Below are positions 49,977 through 59,425 of a stretch of DNA of 64,000 bases, piece after piece. Origin of the DNA: Armatimonadota bacterium (GTDB taxonomy: Bacteria > Armatimonadota > HRBIN16); assembly GCA_963677485.1 (NCBI GenBank), contig OY781964.1, positions 3,808,001-3,872,000 of the forward strand, given 5' to 3'. The position numbers and the translations under genes were made by a program. The notes below the pieces were generated by a model, which saw only the letters and a program-made list of their open reading frames with translations, was not told where the DNA came from and made no database searches. The number at the start of each line of letters is the position of its first letter. Position 1 is the first letter of the stretch.

Positions 49977-52778
49977 TTACCGCATGATCCGCAGTGTCGC
50001 AGCGTATTCGGGCACGATCTGCACATCGGTGAAGGCCGCGGCATTGTCGGTCGATGTCTCTGGCGACTTGAAGGTGATGCCGTCGAAGATAATCTTGCTG
50101 CTGTCACCGCTCCAGGGCACGATCCGCACGAACAGCCCGCTCTTGTCGATGCTGTGCTGCCACCGTTTGAGCCCAATCTCCCAGTGCGTGCCGTTGTTGA
50201 AGTTATCCGCCACCAGCTTGCCGTCGATGAAAGCCCAGCCGCGGTCGCCGTTGTAGTTCATCCTCAAGAACAGGTCGTTGATCCCCGCATATTCAGACGC
50301 CGGAAGCTTGATGAGAAGTTTGTCCGGGCTGACCTTCTGCAGCTTTGCCTTCGACTTGTGTTTGGGAAACACCACCGAATAGCGCGTGAAGACACCATCC
50401 GATGTGCCCCTGAGCGCGCCACCGGCTGTATGCAGCACCCCCGATGGGTTGGGGTAGATGCTGACCTCCAGCCTTTCATTGCCGATCGCAGAGACGTGCA
50501 GCGCCTCGCGGGTGCTGATCACCGTGTGGTCAGAGAGCACAAGCCGCTCGGTACCGCCCAGCTCATTCACCTTCAGGCAGTGGCGTGCTTGTTCGTGGGT
50601 CAGAGTAAGTATGCGGAAGGGCTTGCCAGTCACCGGCGTGACGTCTAACACGCAGGACGTGCCTGGCTGTTTCACCGTCACGCGCCATCCACCGCTATCA
50701 CGCGTCACATGCGCTCCAGCACCTGTGACCGCAGTGACCGTGGCGGCATCGAAGAGGTACTCGGTGTTCATGCCTGTGGGCGCGAAGAACACGTAGTTCT
50801 GACAGCCATCGACCATGAGCTTGGTCATGAGCTGTGCCGTGGCGTATTTTAAATTCACGCGGCCGAGAGGCAGGTTGAAGGGCAGGATTGCCATGATGTT
50901 TGACTTCAAGGAAAGGCCTTTGCCGCTTGGCAGCACCAGCTGTTCATCTTTTAGTTGCAGCGTGACCTGCACATCAGTGCGGTCGGGAAGCACCAGTTTG
51001 TCCTGGAAGTTATTCAGGAACAAGAAACCGCTGTCGCCATTGGCTCGCACGATGTAGCGCAGATCCGTGGTGTTGGTAGGCGGGACAGAATCGTCAGGCC
51101 AGACGGTCACCATGGGTGAGAGAGCATCGCCAAAATCCTGCAGGAACTGCTGGATCGGCCGCAGGTGGTAATAACTTGGTTTGGTCTGGCCGTATTCGCC
51201 GATGGGTGCCTGGAAGTCATAGGAGATGATGGGCAACCCCCCGGAGACGTTTAGATAACCGTGTTTGCCAAGCGGATTGCCGCCGCCGTGATACATGTAG
51301 ATACCCGTGATATTGCCTCCGCAAGCCACGCGGGTAAAGACTCCCACTTCCACGCTTTCTGGTGGCACGATCGGTCGCCATGTAGATTGGGCCGGGGTGC
51401 CGCCTCCGAGTTCGCAGAACGCGAGCGGATACTTCCGGGCGTAGTTGCCGAACCCGAATGTCGAGGTATCCGTTGGTCCACCTGGTCCAAGGTAGGCGTA
51501 GCATCCCCATGTAGCGAGGAACTCCCCCTCAGGCACAGGTGACCCCCACGCGGTGCAGGTATAGAGAGGTGCGATTAGACCGGCTTTGATGGCCAGAGCT
51601 TTCAGCTTCATCATGTGGCTTTCGCCGTCGCTGCCCTTGTTACCGCCACCGGCCCCAGGGAATGGGTTATCCCAAAAGGGTGTGGCGTGTTCATACTCAT
51701 TCTCGCATTGAATCGCGATCACAGGCCCGCCGTCTTTGAACATCAATCCTTTGAACTGCTTCCCAAGTTCACGGTAAAGCCGCTCCACATAGAAAAGGTA
51801 GCCCGGGTCGTTGCTGCGTTCCTTCACCGGTTGCCCATATAGCCACGCCGGTAATCCGCCCGCCAGCACCTCGGCGTTGCAGAAGGGACCTACCCTCAGC
51901 CACACCCAGACACCATGCTTTGCACACAGCTTGACGATTTGGCGCAGGTTGCGGTTTTCGGTGAAGTCGAACACCCCGGGGTCCTGTTCGATATGGTTCC
52001 AGAGCACATACATCGAGACGGTATTCAGACCACCCGCCTTCATCTTGAGGATGGACTCCTCCCACGAGGCCTCATCGGTGCGGGTAGGATGCAGTTCACC
52101 AGCGACCAGTATCAGCGGCTTGCCGTTAAACTCCACGCTCTGGCTGGTGACGGTGATACGGTCACCTTTCGGATTGACCCCGCCCCAGGAGTTTTTGCCG
52201 ACTGGCACCACTGGTGGGGGATTGCGCAGATCGAGTTTGGCAGGCATCGTGATGGACCCATCGAGAGCTATTGGAGAGGTGCCGTTGAATTCGATGCGTG
52301 CCTCTGCCCAGTCGGCGTGGTCCATGCCGTTGCCATTTCCGCCATCGCCGATGCGGAGGGCGAGGATCTTTACCCCACGCAGGTCGACATTGACCTCCTT
52401 CGGAGGTTCACCTGCCAGCGTCACTCCTGAGCTCCACAACAGGTTACCGTCGCCAACGATCTTGAAGGTGGCAGAACCTGGTGTTTGCGCATCATCATCA
52501 ATCCCCACCCAAGCTGTAAATCTGGTTGCATGACCGCCCAGATCGATGATGAACGAACCTGGCGTATGGCTGCCTACGCCGTGAGCAAACATCCGTCCGC
52601 CTATCGATATGGGCTGGCCGTTGATGGACTTGTCGACCATCGGCGTGCCGTATCCCTGTTTCATCTTTGTGAGGTCGAGTGCGGAGAGCCAGATGGTGTC
52701 GGCGGAGCACCGCCTGGGCGCCAGCAGCATCGTTGCGCAGATAAGGACTGTGACGAAGGAAAAGAGTTCTGTGTGCAT
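49977..52778 (-). CDS. secreted GH35 beta-galactosidase with N-terminal NPCBM/NEW2 domain
   Basis: GELHPTR, KMKAGG, RVGPFCNAE, QCENEY, ELGGG; NPCBM HGVGSH..DHADWAEA. Confidence 0.9.
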   Translation of the reverse strand: MHTELFSFVTVLICATMLLAPRRCSADTIWLSALDLTKMKQGYGTPMVDKSINGQPISIGGRMFAHGVGSHTPGSFIIDLGGHATRFTAWVGIDDDAQTPGSATFKIVGDGNLLWSSGVTLAGEPPKEVNVDLRGVKILALRIGDGGNGNGMDHADWAEARIEFNGTSPIALDGSITMPAKLDLRNPPPVVPVGKNSWGGVNPKGDRITVTSQSVEFNGKPLILVAGELHPTRTDEASWEESILKMKAGGLNTVSMYVLWNHIEQDPGVFDFTENRNLRQIVKLCAKHGVWVWLRVGPFCNAEVLAGGLPAWLYGQPVKERSNDPGYLFYVERLYRELGKQFKGLMFKDGGPVIAIQCENEYEHATPFWDNPFPGAGGGNKGSDGESHMMKLKALAIKAGLIAPLYTCTAWGSPVPEGEFLATWGCYAYLGPGGPTDTSTFGFGNYARKYPLAFCELGGGTPAQSTWRPIVPPESVEVGVFTRVACGGNITGIYMYHGGGNPLGKHGYLNVSGGLPIISYDFQAPIGEYGQTKPSYYHLRPIQQFLQDFGDALSPMVTVWPDDSVPPTNTTDLRYIVRANGDSGFLFLNNFQDKLVLPDRTDVQVTLQLKDEQLVLPSGKGLSLKSNIMAILPFNLPLGRVNLKYATAQLMTKLMVDGCQNYVFFAPTGMNTEYLFDAATVTAVTGAGAHVTRDSGGWRVTVKQPGTSCVLDVTPVTGKPFRILTLTHEQARHCLKVNELGGTERLVLSDHTVISTREALHVSAIGNERLEVSIYPNPSGVLHTAGGALRGTSDGVFTRYSVVFPKHKSKAKLQKVSPDKLLIKLPASEYAGINDLFLRMNYNGDRGWAFIDGKLVADNFNNGTHWEIGLKRWQHSIDKSGLFVRIVPWSGDSSKIIFDGITFKSPETSTDNAAAFTDVQIVPEYAATLRIMR

Positions 52779-53008
52779 GAAAGCCCCATGTCCTGGTTAT
52801 TTAGGCGCCTGTGTTATAGCAAGAAGCCTATGTTAATACTGTGACCTATGTTGGCATCAGAGGCAAGTGTGTGTAGCCAATGATCACCGGAAATGACATG
52901 GCTCATTTGTCATCGCTTTATGCTTGTGTGCGATGCGCGTGTATCAGTGTGATATTTGCTTTATAATTTACCGTATATAGCATTGTCTACGCTAGTTGGA
53001 GGCATCAT

Positions 53009-53563
53009 GTGATGACGAAATATGAATGGATCATACGCCTTTTTATCACCGCAGGCGTATTAGCACTGTTTATTTCGTTGTGTGTGCCCAATCTATTGGC
53101 AGCCTGGTTCACTTATAATGCCCTCACTGGCGACGGTTCTATTTCTGGAAAACTGACATGTGGTGATCTTACAACCTACGAATTGTGTGAACCAAGCCAT
53201 GAAAAAGAAAGCATTTGGGGGCAAAGGCACCAGTCTAGTGGATCGAACTCGATCGACCGATTCTTCACTATCGATGAACATGGGAGAAAGCTGTTAGTCA
53301 ATGATCTTTCTGTGGAACGCATCGCCGGTTATCGCAGTCTTCCCCGCATGTTGATTGGCGCCAGCCGAAGCGGGTATTTTATATTTGACAATGCCGCGAG
53401 AACAGCAACCGTATATGCCCACCACGATCATTGGATGAAGGACCTGAAAAAACTGAGTATCGCTCCCAATACACTGTTGCTTCCAGGGCCTATTCGCGAG
53501 AGCTACGAGGGCCGTGGATGGTTGGGAGCCCATATCAATCCCGATAAGGAGTGGTACCAATGA
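53009..53563 (+). CDS. membrane-anchored hypothetical protein
   Basis: GGAGG RBS; N-terminal TM; paralog of next gene. Confidence 0.7.
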   Translation: MMTKYEWIIRLFITAGVLALFISLCVPNLLAAWFTYNALTGDGSISGKLTCGDLTTYELCEPSHEKESIWGQRHQSSGSNSIDRFFTIDEHGRKLLVNDLSVERIAGYRSLPRMLIGASRSGYFIFDNAARTATVYAHHDHWMKDLKKLSIAPNTLLLPGPIRESYEGRGWLGAHINPDKEWYQ

Positions 53564-54093
53564 GACTGCGGTGGCTTAAGGCTAATGTCGCGATTTTTGG
53601 GATACTCCTTCTGATCCCTTGGCTGTTTGTGGCCGGTAAGGGGCTTCGTGTATTGTGGTCTAATTGCTTTGACCCACGAATCACCGCGACCATCTCTACG
53701 CCGTCAGGTGATAGGTTTTGGTATCAGAACCCAGATACCGCGTGGAATATGATAGCACCGGCAAGTGCCGATACATTCGGATATGCAGTGGTCAATCATT
53801 CGAAATCCCTGGATACCCAGCTGAAAACGGATATTGAACAAGCAGGCTGTTTGTGGAGGGTGCCATACCCGATCAACTACTGCGTGGTTCGAAAGGGCAT
53901 AATCGGACGCGCTAAGGACGGATATTACATCATCGATACAGCGCAAAGACAGGTGCATCTCAATCTGTCAAAATCCGATTGGCTTCGGCAGGTTCGTGGA
54001 CTTGGTGGTGGTGCCAGCTATAAACTGCATTGGTTTCCATTACATCGCAGCCACGCGAAACGGGGATGGCTGCATTACAGCGGTGCCCAGTAA
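53560..54093 (+). CDS. membrane-anchored hypothetical protein
   Basis: ATGA overlap with previous gene; N-terminal TM; shares IG....GY.I.D and RGWL. Confidence 0.7.
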   Translation: MRLRWLKANVAIFGILLLIPWLFVAGKGLRVLWSNCFDPRITATISTPSGDRFWYQNPDTAWNMIAPASADTFGYAVVNHSKSLDTQLKTDIEQAGCLWRVPYPINYCVVRKGIIGRAKDGYYIIDTAQRQVHLNLSKSDWLRQVRGLGGGASYKLHWFPLHRSHAKRGWLHYSGAQ

Positions 54094-54188
54094 TGCGCCA
54101 GCAGAGCAGATAGAACCTATCAGGTGACAGATACATACGTGATCCCGATGACACGGAGCATCGTCGACCGGCCGTGTGCTGAAAGCCC

Positions 54189-54497
54189 CAGTCTATTACC
54201 CACTAGTTTTGCGCGGAGTATTATCGTTGTATATCGATGTATACCTGCCCTACCACGCGCTCAAGCACGTGGCTATTGACCGGCCAAGCCTGCTGAAGCA
54301 GGCTGCAGGGCTTCGCCCTGTTTGTGAAGCTGGCGAATGCAGGCTGTTGTAACGATACTACGGTCGACTCCCGGAACAATTGATACGGTGCGATGTCCCG
54401 TAGGCCGCTTTAGCGGTCTTGATGATCAATAGCCGAGACATTTATGTCGCGGAATCGGCGTCTACTGGCTCCGCAGATATTTGTGGGTAATAGACTG
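54189..54497. mobile_element. 309-bp MITE-like element, same TIR family as 46716
   Basis: CAGTCTATTACCCAC...GTGGGTAATAGACTG; right ~90 bp is the reverse complement of the left end of the 46716 copy. Confidence 0.7.
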
Positions 54498-54533
54498 TGT
54501 TTTAGCGCGCGGAAGGGCAGGTGGCATTGCCAC

Positions 54534-57317
54534 TCACCTCACGCCAGCCCGCTGTCCCAGGGCCTGCCATTGCGCCTTCGTGCCGCGGTAGAAGAAGTAA
54601 GTGCTCATCCTCTGCACTGCGACCGAATGTCTAGTGGAAGCTGGATACTCTTTGTTACCGAACACATCGTATAAGCATCCAGATGTAGGCAGACTGATAT
54701 GGATGATGCCTGTTCGTTTGGTGTGTAGCCCGACGAACGTGTTGTTGACATAGCAGATATCATCGGTATCCACATATTCGAAGCTTCCAGCTAGCCTCAG
54801 GGCGTAGCGAAGCAGGTTGGGGGAGAAGTTATCCGATGCGGTGTAGATGCTGGCCCATGTTGGTGTCTGTTTGATGGCAATGCCGACGTCGGGGCTGCCA
54901 GTAAATCGGGCAATGGGTGTTGCTTTGGAATCTGTGATCTTAAAGCTGGGAGCATAGGTGATATTGGCGGCATCTTTGTCGCTGGGATCATAGTATTCCA
55001 GTGTACCCATCTGGTGGTCTGACTGGATGCCCATCTGTTTAACGAACCAATCCTCAGGTGTCAGTTTCCAGTTTTCCGGTGTTTTCGACATTGCGATTTG
55101 AATCCCCGTCAGATCGCTCATGTTAGCTGCACTCATATCTCCATCGATCAATCCGTCGGCCCATGCGAACAAGCCCACCCGTCCATCGCGGCGAACCACC
55201 TTTTTGATCATGGCCCGTTGTCTCGCATTGAGGCCGACCGTGTTGAGGAACAGGTAGACCTTGTAGGGCTTGGCCTTCGGGAGCTGATCAAGGAAGATCA
55301 TGTCATACGGGGCACCTGCCCGGGCGACCGTCTGCCGGATGTAGTCAAACAGTGGAAAACTGCGTGCCGGTGCATCCTTCAGGGGGTCATAGCCGAAGTA
55401 TTTCTGGAAGCCTTTGTCGAACACCAGTGCGATTTCGGCACCGGAGCGGCGGTCGGCATACAGCGAACACATGAAGATATCATCCTGCATTCGGTATTCG
55501 GCAATAAGCTCCGGCATGTCGTAGGAGTAGCTCATCTGCCACAGGTAGGGATACATACCCAGCACCATCGAGTTGACGAAAACCCGCCGCTGGGTAGATA
55601 TCGTCTCCGCCATGTTCTTGGTGGCGCCAAAGCCCATATCGGGGCCGGTGTGCGTGCGGACATCATTTTGGATGACCACTAACTTGTTTGTTTTTGCCAG
55701 ACCGAGGGGCGGGATGATGGGTGCTCCGCTGCCCTCGACGCCGATGGCATTCCTGCCGACATACGGCTCCTGCACATCAAAGAAGTCGAAATACCGGCTA
55801 TCCACCAGCTCATCGATGGGGTTGGTGTCATTCTCCTCAAAACCTCTGGTCCAGCTCCATAGGTTGCCGGTGAAGTCACCCGTCCGAGCGCCCACCAAAG
55901 CGCGATCATGGGTGGCCTCTTTCACCACTTTTCCGAAGTTAATGATGATCTGTTGAAAGACGTGCTCGCGGAACGCCTTGCTGTCCATGTAAGCCGGTCT
56001 GGATTTTGGCACCACAAGCAATGACATCGTGTCGTTCTTGTCGCTAGGGTGTTGGTCATTCAGCAGTGCCTCTGGTTTGGCTGATCCAAACGAAGCGGAC
56101 GAATCATTCCATGCTTTCTTAAGTGCAGATTCGGTCTTGTATTTCGCCTTCAGAAAGTCTCTGTAGCGGCTGATTGCTGCAGGAGTTGAATCATTCACCT
56201 CAAAGTTGCAGTCCATGCTTCGCCCATTGAAGAGCTCATACCCGATCACCATATCGGCATATGGGCCAGACTGGATATGGGCGATCATCTGGCGCAGGGC
56301 GTCGCGGAAGTCCTTTTGCCACTCGGGGGACAGGTAGTCAGGTATACCCAGCTTGGCATCCGTCCCCACAGCATTCGGATGCAGCCGGTTCCACCATCGA
56401 GCTCCATCGCTGGCCAGCATTAGGATCATCTTGCTGTCTGGGTTGGCCTTTTTGAACTGGCCCAACTGCTTATCCAGTTCCCAGAAGTCGAAGTGATCAG
56501 GGCCTAGCCAGTTGGGCGAATAATAAGCACCTATATCACCGCCATACAGGTGCTCACCCAGTGTGTTGACCACTCTTTGGAGTTTATAGCCGGTGTCATT
56601 GGTGAGTGTCTTGAGATACTCCTCAGTGGTGTGTACCATCACGATCACCGACCATCCTTGCCCTGTGATCGGCTGGCCATTCAGATACATGGCTGGCATA
56701 CCGTTGCAGTCGGCGATTTTCGCACTGTATGGCGGAGGGGTGGAGAGTATCTTGTCGGCATCGATGCGGGTATTCATACGCGGTCGGTAGACGTCGAACT
56801 TGTGCAGCCTCATCGTTAAAGTGCCTAGGTCAGGGTTTGAGATGATTATCCAGAGTGCGCAGAGCTGCTTGCCATTAGCGGAAGCGGGCAGCTTGAACTC
56901 GAGGGTGTGCCTGGCTCCGTCGGCGATTAAGTTTGACGCACTGGCGATCTGGAGGTGCTCACCGCCGTAAAACTGGATCGAGAAGGAGGTGCCATCCCAC
57001 AGGGAGGCTGCAGTCGAGATTGAGTAGTCCAGCCGGATGGTCTCGTTACCGTAGGTCTTGAAATGGGGGATATTGACGCCTTCGAGCCCAACATCATAAT
57101 ACCCACGCCAGACGCCAGTGCTCTTTACCGTCACCACGGAGGCACCGTCTTGTTTCGTGCTCTCCACAGACTGAGCCACCGAGGCCAGGTTGTTCACCTC
57201 GGTGATAGGATTGCCGATTTCCGAAAACTCGAAGCCCCTGACCCATATCAGTTCGTCAGCCGCATGGGAGGTGCTTATAACTGCCAGTGCAGCCAATATC
57301 GCTAATAGTAGCTTCAC
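54534..57317 (-). CDS. secreted GH42-like protein with extra N-terminal beta domain
   Basis: GTG start overlapping upstream TAG; signal peptide; FLKAKYKTESALKKAW, QNDVRTH, EIALVFD. Confidence 0.72.
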   Translation of the reverse strand: MKLLLAILAALAVISTSHAADELIWVRGFEFSEIGNPITEVNNLASVAQSVESTKQDGASVVTVKSTGVWRGYYDVGLEGVNIPHFKTYGNETIRLDYSISTAASLWDGTSFSIQFYGGEHLQIASASNLIADGARHTLEFKLPASANGKQLCALWIIISNPDLGTLTMRLHKFDVYRPRMNTRIDADKILSTPPPYSAKIADCNGMPAMYLNGQPITGQGWSVIVMVHTTEEYLKTLTNDTGYKLQRVVNTLGEHLYGGDIGAYYSPNWLGPDHFDFWELDKQLGQFKKANPDSKMILMLASDGARWWNRLHPNAVGTDAKLGIPDYLSPEWQKDFRDALRQMIAHIQSGPYADMVIGYELFNGRSMDCNFEVNDSTPAAISRYRDFLKAKYKTESALKKAWNDSSASFGSAKPEALLNDQHPSDKNDTMSLLVVPKSRPAYMDSKAFREHVFQQIIINFGKVVKEATHDRALVGARTGDFTGNLWSWTRGFEENDTNPIDELVDSRYFDFFDVQEPYVGRNAIGVEGSGAPIIPPLGLAKTNKLVVIQNDVRTHTGPDMGFGATKNMAETISTQRRVFVNSMVLGMYPYLWQMSYSYDMPELIAEYRMQDDIFMCSLYADRRSGAEIALVFDKGFQKYFGYDPLKDAPARSFPLFDYIRQTVARAGAPYDMIFLDQLPKAKPYKVYLFLNTVGLNARQRAMIKKVVRRDGRVGLFAWADGLIDGDMSAANMSDLTGIQIAMSKTPENWKLTPEDWFVKQMGIQSDHQMGTLEYYDPSDKDAANITYAPSFKITDSKATPIARFTGSPDVGIAIKQTPTWASIYTASDNFSPNLLRYALRLAGSFEYVDTDDICYVNNTFVGLHTKRTGIIHISLPTSGCLYDVFGNKEYPASTRHSVAVQRMSTYFFYRGTKAQWQALGQRAGVR

Positions 57318-59224
57318 TAGGAAACTCCTTCTGAAGGCAGTTTTCCGTAGCACCGCACTTCCAGCACTGAGGCGAATGGAGCACCCCAGGTCTCCAGGCA
57401 GTTGATGCGCAGCCGCTGGCATCGCCTGGCAGGGAACTGCACACGCACGAGACGTTGGTAGGTGCCGTCCACTGTGGCGAGTGTTTCCCAGGAGCCATCG
57501 TCCGTTTGCACATCAACAGTGAATAGCTTCAAGGTGACCGCCCGTGGCACCGGGCCAACAGCCTTCTGGTGGCAGGGCTCCTGCGTGAGCATGAGCTGCG
57601 AATCGAAGTCGGTGTCGCACACCACCATTACGGTGTCGATCTCGACCGCTTCATCCCACGCGAGCTCCAACAAGGCTGGTATTGAGGCACTTCGCCAGGC
57701 ATGGTAATTACCATCCAGCACAGGATCAGGGTGGTTATAGCCGTCAATCACTTTGCCTGCTTGCCACTGGCCGTCGTCACCCAGTGTGCTTGACGCGGTC
57801 ACTTTGGCTAGTTGGGCTAGATCATGCGGGTCGGTGTTAAGTATCTCCGGCAGGTAGACGCCATCGGCCAGAAGCTGTTGCTGCAGCAGGGGCATATGCT
57901 GGGCCACGATCTGCTGCGGCGCCAATCCCTGATGAACACCAAGGGCGGCGGCGGTGCCCACGGCTTGGCCGATGGAGGCGCAGCTGGCCATGATGCGCGT
58001 GGAGGCAAAGGCGATATGGCTGGCACTGATGTTGCGTCCGGCCAGATACAGGTTGCTGAAATCGCGGCAATAACAGCTTCGCAGCGGGATTTGGTAGATA
58101 TTGGGCAGCCGTATCTGCTGGCAAGGGGTGTTTTGGGTATCACGAAAGCCGAGTGGCGGGTGGGTGTCGATGGGCCAGCCACCGTAGGCGATCTGGTCAT
58201 CGAAGCTGTGCGCTGTCGGGACACTGCGCAGTTCGTTCTCGGTGAGGATATGGTCACCCAGGAAACGTCGGCTCTCACGCCGGCCGGGCAGGAAGCCGAA
58301 CCAGTTGAGAGCGTAGTTCTCCATAGACTGGGGCTTGCCATCGACGGTGGTCTGCGAGCGGTTCTTCATATAGTCCCAGATGCCCAGTGCCGCTGCGATC
58401 AGCTCCTGGTTGATGGCTTCCGTGTCGGTGACCGTGTCCATCGTGCCACCCCATTCCACCCACCAGAATCCGAAGGAACGGTCCGGCTTGCGGAAGGGCA
58501 GCAACTGCTCGTCATCGAACTTCATCGCCCAGATGGGTGGGGTGAAGGGAACAGGACGGCCCACATCGACCACATCGAACAAGATGGTGTGACCGAGGGT
58601 GCAATCATCGGCCTCAGCAGGAGCCAGGCTCTCACCGAATTCGGCCGATGCTTCGCGGCCCTTGGTGTAAGCGGCTCCCGCGAGGTAGGCGAGGTTGCCA
58701 TCACCTGAGGCATCGATGAACTGCTGCGCCTCAAAACGCAAAATGCGGTCGCTGGTCAACTCCCGGGCAGTGCAGCTTGTGAGCTTGGTGAACCCGCCAT
58801 CATCAGCCGTCTCGCACGAGATGACCTGTGCGTTCAGGAAGAGCTGAAGGCCGGCTTGCGACCGCACCGTATCGTAAAGTGCGAGGTCCATGATGGAGAT
58901 ATTATGTTCGCTGTTATGCGACAGGCTCTTCAGGCGCAGCTCCTCCAGAATGCCCGTCTCGCGGGCGCGCAGCCGCGGGGCGGTTTCGCCCTCGTAATAG
59001 CTGTCGGATCCGCAGATGTGCATCCTTATCTCCGAGGAGGCGTTGCCGCCCAGCATCGGGCGATCCTGCACCAGCGCCACGCTAGCTCCGTGTCGGGCTG
59101 CGGCCAGCGCGGCGCAGACTCCCGCCATGCCTCCGCCCACCACGCAGACATCAACGACGATATTCAGAGATGGGCCTTGCGAGATACTGGCTGCAGCATG
59201 TCTGTAGAGCTTGTGAAACACCAT
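57317..59224 (-). CDS. FAD-dependent oxidoreductase with C-terminal discoidin/F5-8-like domain
   Basis: VVGGGMAGVCAA, LGGNASSEIRM, IDASGDG, GRRESRR, AGRNIS; VTASS..IDG..W..EVRCY. Confidence 0.88.
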   Translation of the reverse strand: MVFHKLYRHAAASISQGPSLNIVVDVCVVGGGMAGVCAALAAARHGASVALVQDRPMLGGNASSEIRMHICGSDSYYEGETAPRLRARETGILEELRLKSLSHNSEHNISIMDLALYDTVRSQAGLQLFLNAQVISCETADDGGFTKLTSCTARELTSDRILRFEAQQFIDASGDGNLAYLAGAAYTKGREASAEFGESLAPAEADDCTLGHTILFDVVDVGRPVPFTPPIWAMKFDDEQLLPFRKPDRSFGFWWVEWGGTMDTVTDTEAINQELIAAALGIWDYMKNRSQTTVDGKPQSMENYALNWFGFLPGRRESRRFLGDHILTENELRSVPTAHSFDDQIAYGGWPIDTHPPLGFRDTQNTPCQQIRLPNIYQIPLRSCYCRDFSNLYLAGRNISASHIAFASTRIMASCASIGQAVGTAAALGVHQGLAPQQIVAQHMPLLQQQLLADGVYLPEILNTDPHDLAQLAKVTASSTLGDDGQWQAGKVIDGYNHPDPVLDGNYHAWRSASIPALLELAWDEAVEIDTVMVVCDTDFDSQLMLTQEPCHQKAVGPVPRAVTLKLFTVDVQTDDGSWETLATVDGTYQRLVRVQFPARRCQRLRINCLETWGAPFASVLEVRCYGKLPSEGVS

Positions 59225-59425
59225 ATGCGAATGTGACCTCTATTAGTGCTCATGGCACCGTGTTGTTTTTAAGTTTATGCCCATGATACCACAGCAATAC
59301 CCTCACAGTTTGGTATTAGTGGCGTTATTGTAATCTGCGGGTGTAATTTACGCAGGATTTCGGTCTGGCGTAGGTCAATTATGAGATGATGACTGTTACA
59401 ATGACATCGTGTTACAAGTTTCATC

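Noticed and set aside
47416-58708. Long antisense ORFs (e.g. 47416-48135, 51811-52533, 57824-58708)
   Set aside because: Opposite well-supported genes in GC-rich coding DNA; no motifs or RBS
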